Origin: Myxococcota bacterium
GTDB taxonomy: Bacteria; Myxococcota_A; UBA9042; PHBI01; JAWLBL01
Assembly (NCBI GenBank): GCA_041687695.1
Contig: JAWLBL010000006.1
Location: 1 to 64,000, forward strand
DNA: 64,000 bases
Direction of reading: 5' to 3'
Below are positions 62,427-64,000 of the stretch, one piece after another (position 1 is the stretch's first letter; each line of letters opens with the position of its first letter). The notes under the pieces are model-generated. The model was not told the DNA's origin and did not search any database. It was given only the letters and a program-made list of their open reading frames with translations. The position numbers and the translations under genes were made by a program.

Positions 62427-64000
62427 TCACTCGTTGTCTGCGTCGTCCTCGGTTGGGGCGGACGTGCCGCGGCCGGTGGGGAGGTAGGGGACGGCGCCGA
62501 GCTGGCGGGCGAGGTGGACGCGGTCGACCAGGTCGCGGTGCTCGCCGATGCGGAAGCGGGAGAGCGGACCCTGGGGATCCAGGCCGACCTCGTCGGCGAA
62601 GAAGGTGTCGAGCCGCTGGGGCGGCGCGTAGCCCTTACGACGCATGTAGGTGAGCAGCGCGAGATCGCGGGTGATGAAGCTGCGCGGCTTGCGCTCGACC
62701 CAGCCCCAGGGCGTCTCCTCGTGCTCGGGCCCGCGCTTGTCGCGCGGCGGCTCGTCGCAGTCGGTGACGAAGAGGTCGCCCGAGAGCGGAGGCTGGCTGC
62801 GATCGAGCAGCGGAAACGACGCCAGGACGCGCGCGTACTCGGGCACCGACAGGCGGTAGGCGTCGGCCACGATGGCGTCGATCTCGGCGCGCAGCTCGCC
62901 GCGCGTCCAGGGGTCGCGCTCGGCGGAGTCGTAGGTCCAGGCTTGTCCACCCATGACGCCCTCCCAGAAGGGGGCCAGCTCGGGCGTCGTGCACGCGAGC
63001 CGAGCGACATCCCGACTCAATCCAGAAAGGCTGCCTTCCAACGTGCTCGGAGTCGGCACGGGGACTCTTTCAACGAAGGCCCAGTTCAGCGTCGTCGTAA
63101 TCCGCAACCGAACGAGGTGATCCCAAACGAACGAGTTGATGATGGCAGCTAGCGAGGCCAGTAGATCGTCTTGGGGCCCACTCAGCGTTGGGACCTTGTT
63201 CCCCGCCATGCAGGCCGGAGGGAGCGGCGCAGTGAGCATCGAGCGCTCGTTGGTGGCTCCGGTCACGTCGCAGAAGCCGAGGCGCGAGCCTGTCGTGTCG
63301 CTTGTCTCGGACTGCGCGACGAAGACCCTGGGCACCATGGCTTTGTCGACGAGCGATTGATCGGACCACACGGCGCGGCGCCCTTCTCCCGACACGTAGC
63401 GCTTCTGCGCGTGGTCGAATTGGTGGACCATCCGCCCCTCGTACAAGGCTGTGTAGCGGGCGCTGGGAAGAATGCGGAAACGCTCCTCGGCCGTGCGTCC
63501 ACGGCTGGTCCCCTCTCGCGCGTCCTCTGGGTGGACGAAGACGGTAGTAGGCCCGCCGGGCAGGTCGACGACATGCTCGAGGTAGCCGCGTTCGCGGTAC
63601 CAGTCGGCGTCGGCGGCCACCCAGTACTCGCCGCCGGGGGGCAGCGGATCGGGGTACCGGGCGGTGACCGAGCCGAACTCACGCACTCGAGTCCAGCTGC
63701 CGTCCGGCTGGCGCTCGGGACGGACGCACAGGAACCCGCGCTCGCGCATCCACTCGCGCCGCTTGAACAGCCAGGCGTCGTTGGTCATGTGGAGCTCGCA
63801 GCGGTACTTGACGTCCCAGCCGCTCGCCTCGCTGCCCAGCGCTGGATGCTGGTCATGCAGCCGATCGATCAGCGCCGCGTCTCCATCGCTGGGCAGGTCC
63901 AGCAAGGCCAGGGTTCCGGGACTCAGGCGCTGGGCGATCTCGCCCGACATGCGCACCAGGCGCCCGGGGATCAGCCCCTCCATGGCCCGCGTGTCGCGCA
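62427..64000 (-). CDS. C-terminal part of a Type IIG/Eco57I-like adenine methyltransferase-restriction protein (5' end outside the window)
   Basis: ELHMTND, LYEGRMVHQFDH, DVTGATNERS, NSFVWDH, LRAEIDAIVADAY; the frame is open to the window edge and the catalytic motifs are not visible. Confidence 0.72.
   Translation of the reverse strand, partial: RDTRAMEGLIPGRLVRMSGEIAQRLSPGTLALLDLPSDGDAALIDRLHDQHPALGSEASGWDVKYRCELHMTNDAWLFKRREWMRERGFLCVRPERQPDGSWTRVREFGSVTARYPDPLPPGGEYWVAADADWYRERGYLEHVVDLPGGPTTVFVHPEDAREGTSRGRTAEERFRILPSARYTALYEGRMVHQFDHAQKRYVSGEGRRAVWSDQSLVDKAMVPRVFVAQSETSDTTGSRLGFCDVTGATNERSMLTAPLPPACMAGNKVPTLSGPQDDLLASLAAIINSFVWDHLVRLRITTTLNWAFVERVPVPTPSTLEGSLSGLSRDVARLACTTPELAPFWEGVMGGQAWTYDSAERDPWTRGELRAEIDAIVADAYRLSVPEYARVLASFPLLDRSQPPLSGDLFVTDCDEPPRDKRGPEHEETPWGWVERKPRSFITRDLALLTYMRRKGYAPPQRLDTFFADEVGLDPQGPLSRFRIGEHRDLVDRVHLARQLGAVPYLPTGRGTSAPTEDDADNE

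Overview
Very GC-rich bacterial DNA; the gene content (Cys-rich and acidic lipoproteins, a Ser/Thr kinase next to an FHA-type enhancer-binding protein, a HEAT protein before carB) suggests Myxococcota or a related deltaproteobacterium (inference). Most long ORFs in the track are GC-driven shadow or extended frames; about 47 genes look real. Layout: (1-412) tandem REP-like palindromes invaded by a 172-bp MITE-like element with terminal inverted repeats and a 5-bp target duplication; (445-6942) three radical SAM genes, an alpha/alpha-toroid protein and a DegT aminotransferase; (7-14.5 kb) lipoproteins, an ATPase-TPR protein, YihY and an ArfB homologue lacking GGQ; (14.6-27.5 kb) housekeeping genes rnc, mnmA, iscS, tsaE, greA, carB, maf, yggS; (28.5-35 kb) TetR unit and cysK-cysE-cysM; (36-48 kb) GAT-II/ATP-grasp pair, B12-binding domain plus histidine kinase, kinase plus atypical EBP, Hod-like dioxygenase; (48-58.4 kb) ddl, Clp ATPase, a His-less PilZ/PAS kinase, a PHP metallohydrolase; (58.4-64 kb) a compositionally distinct defence-like island. 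Best candidate for a new system: a 177-aa helical protein ending in two beta-type pseudo-repeats, overlapped by a STAND/NLR-like gene that starts with one copy of the same motif. This is the layout of an amyloid-signalling receptor/effector pair, with a motif I do not recognise as a named family, and it lies next to a partial Type IIG-like restriction-modification gene. All family calls come from motif recognition by eye; no searches were run.
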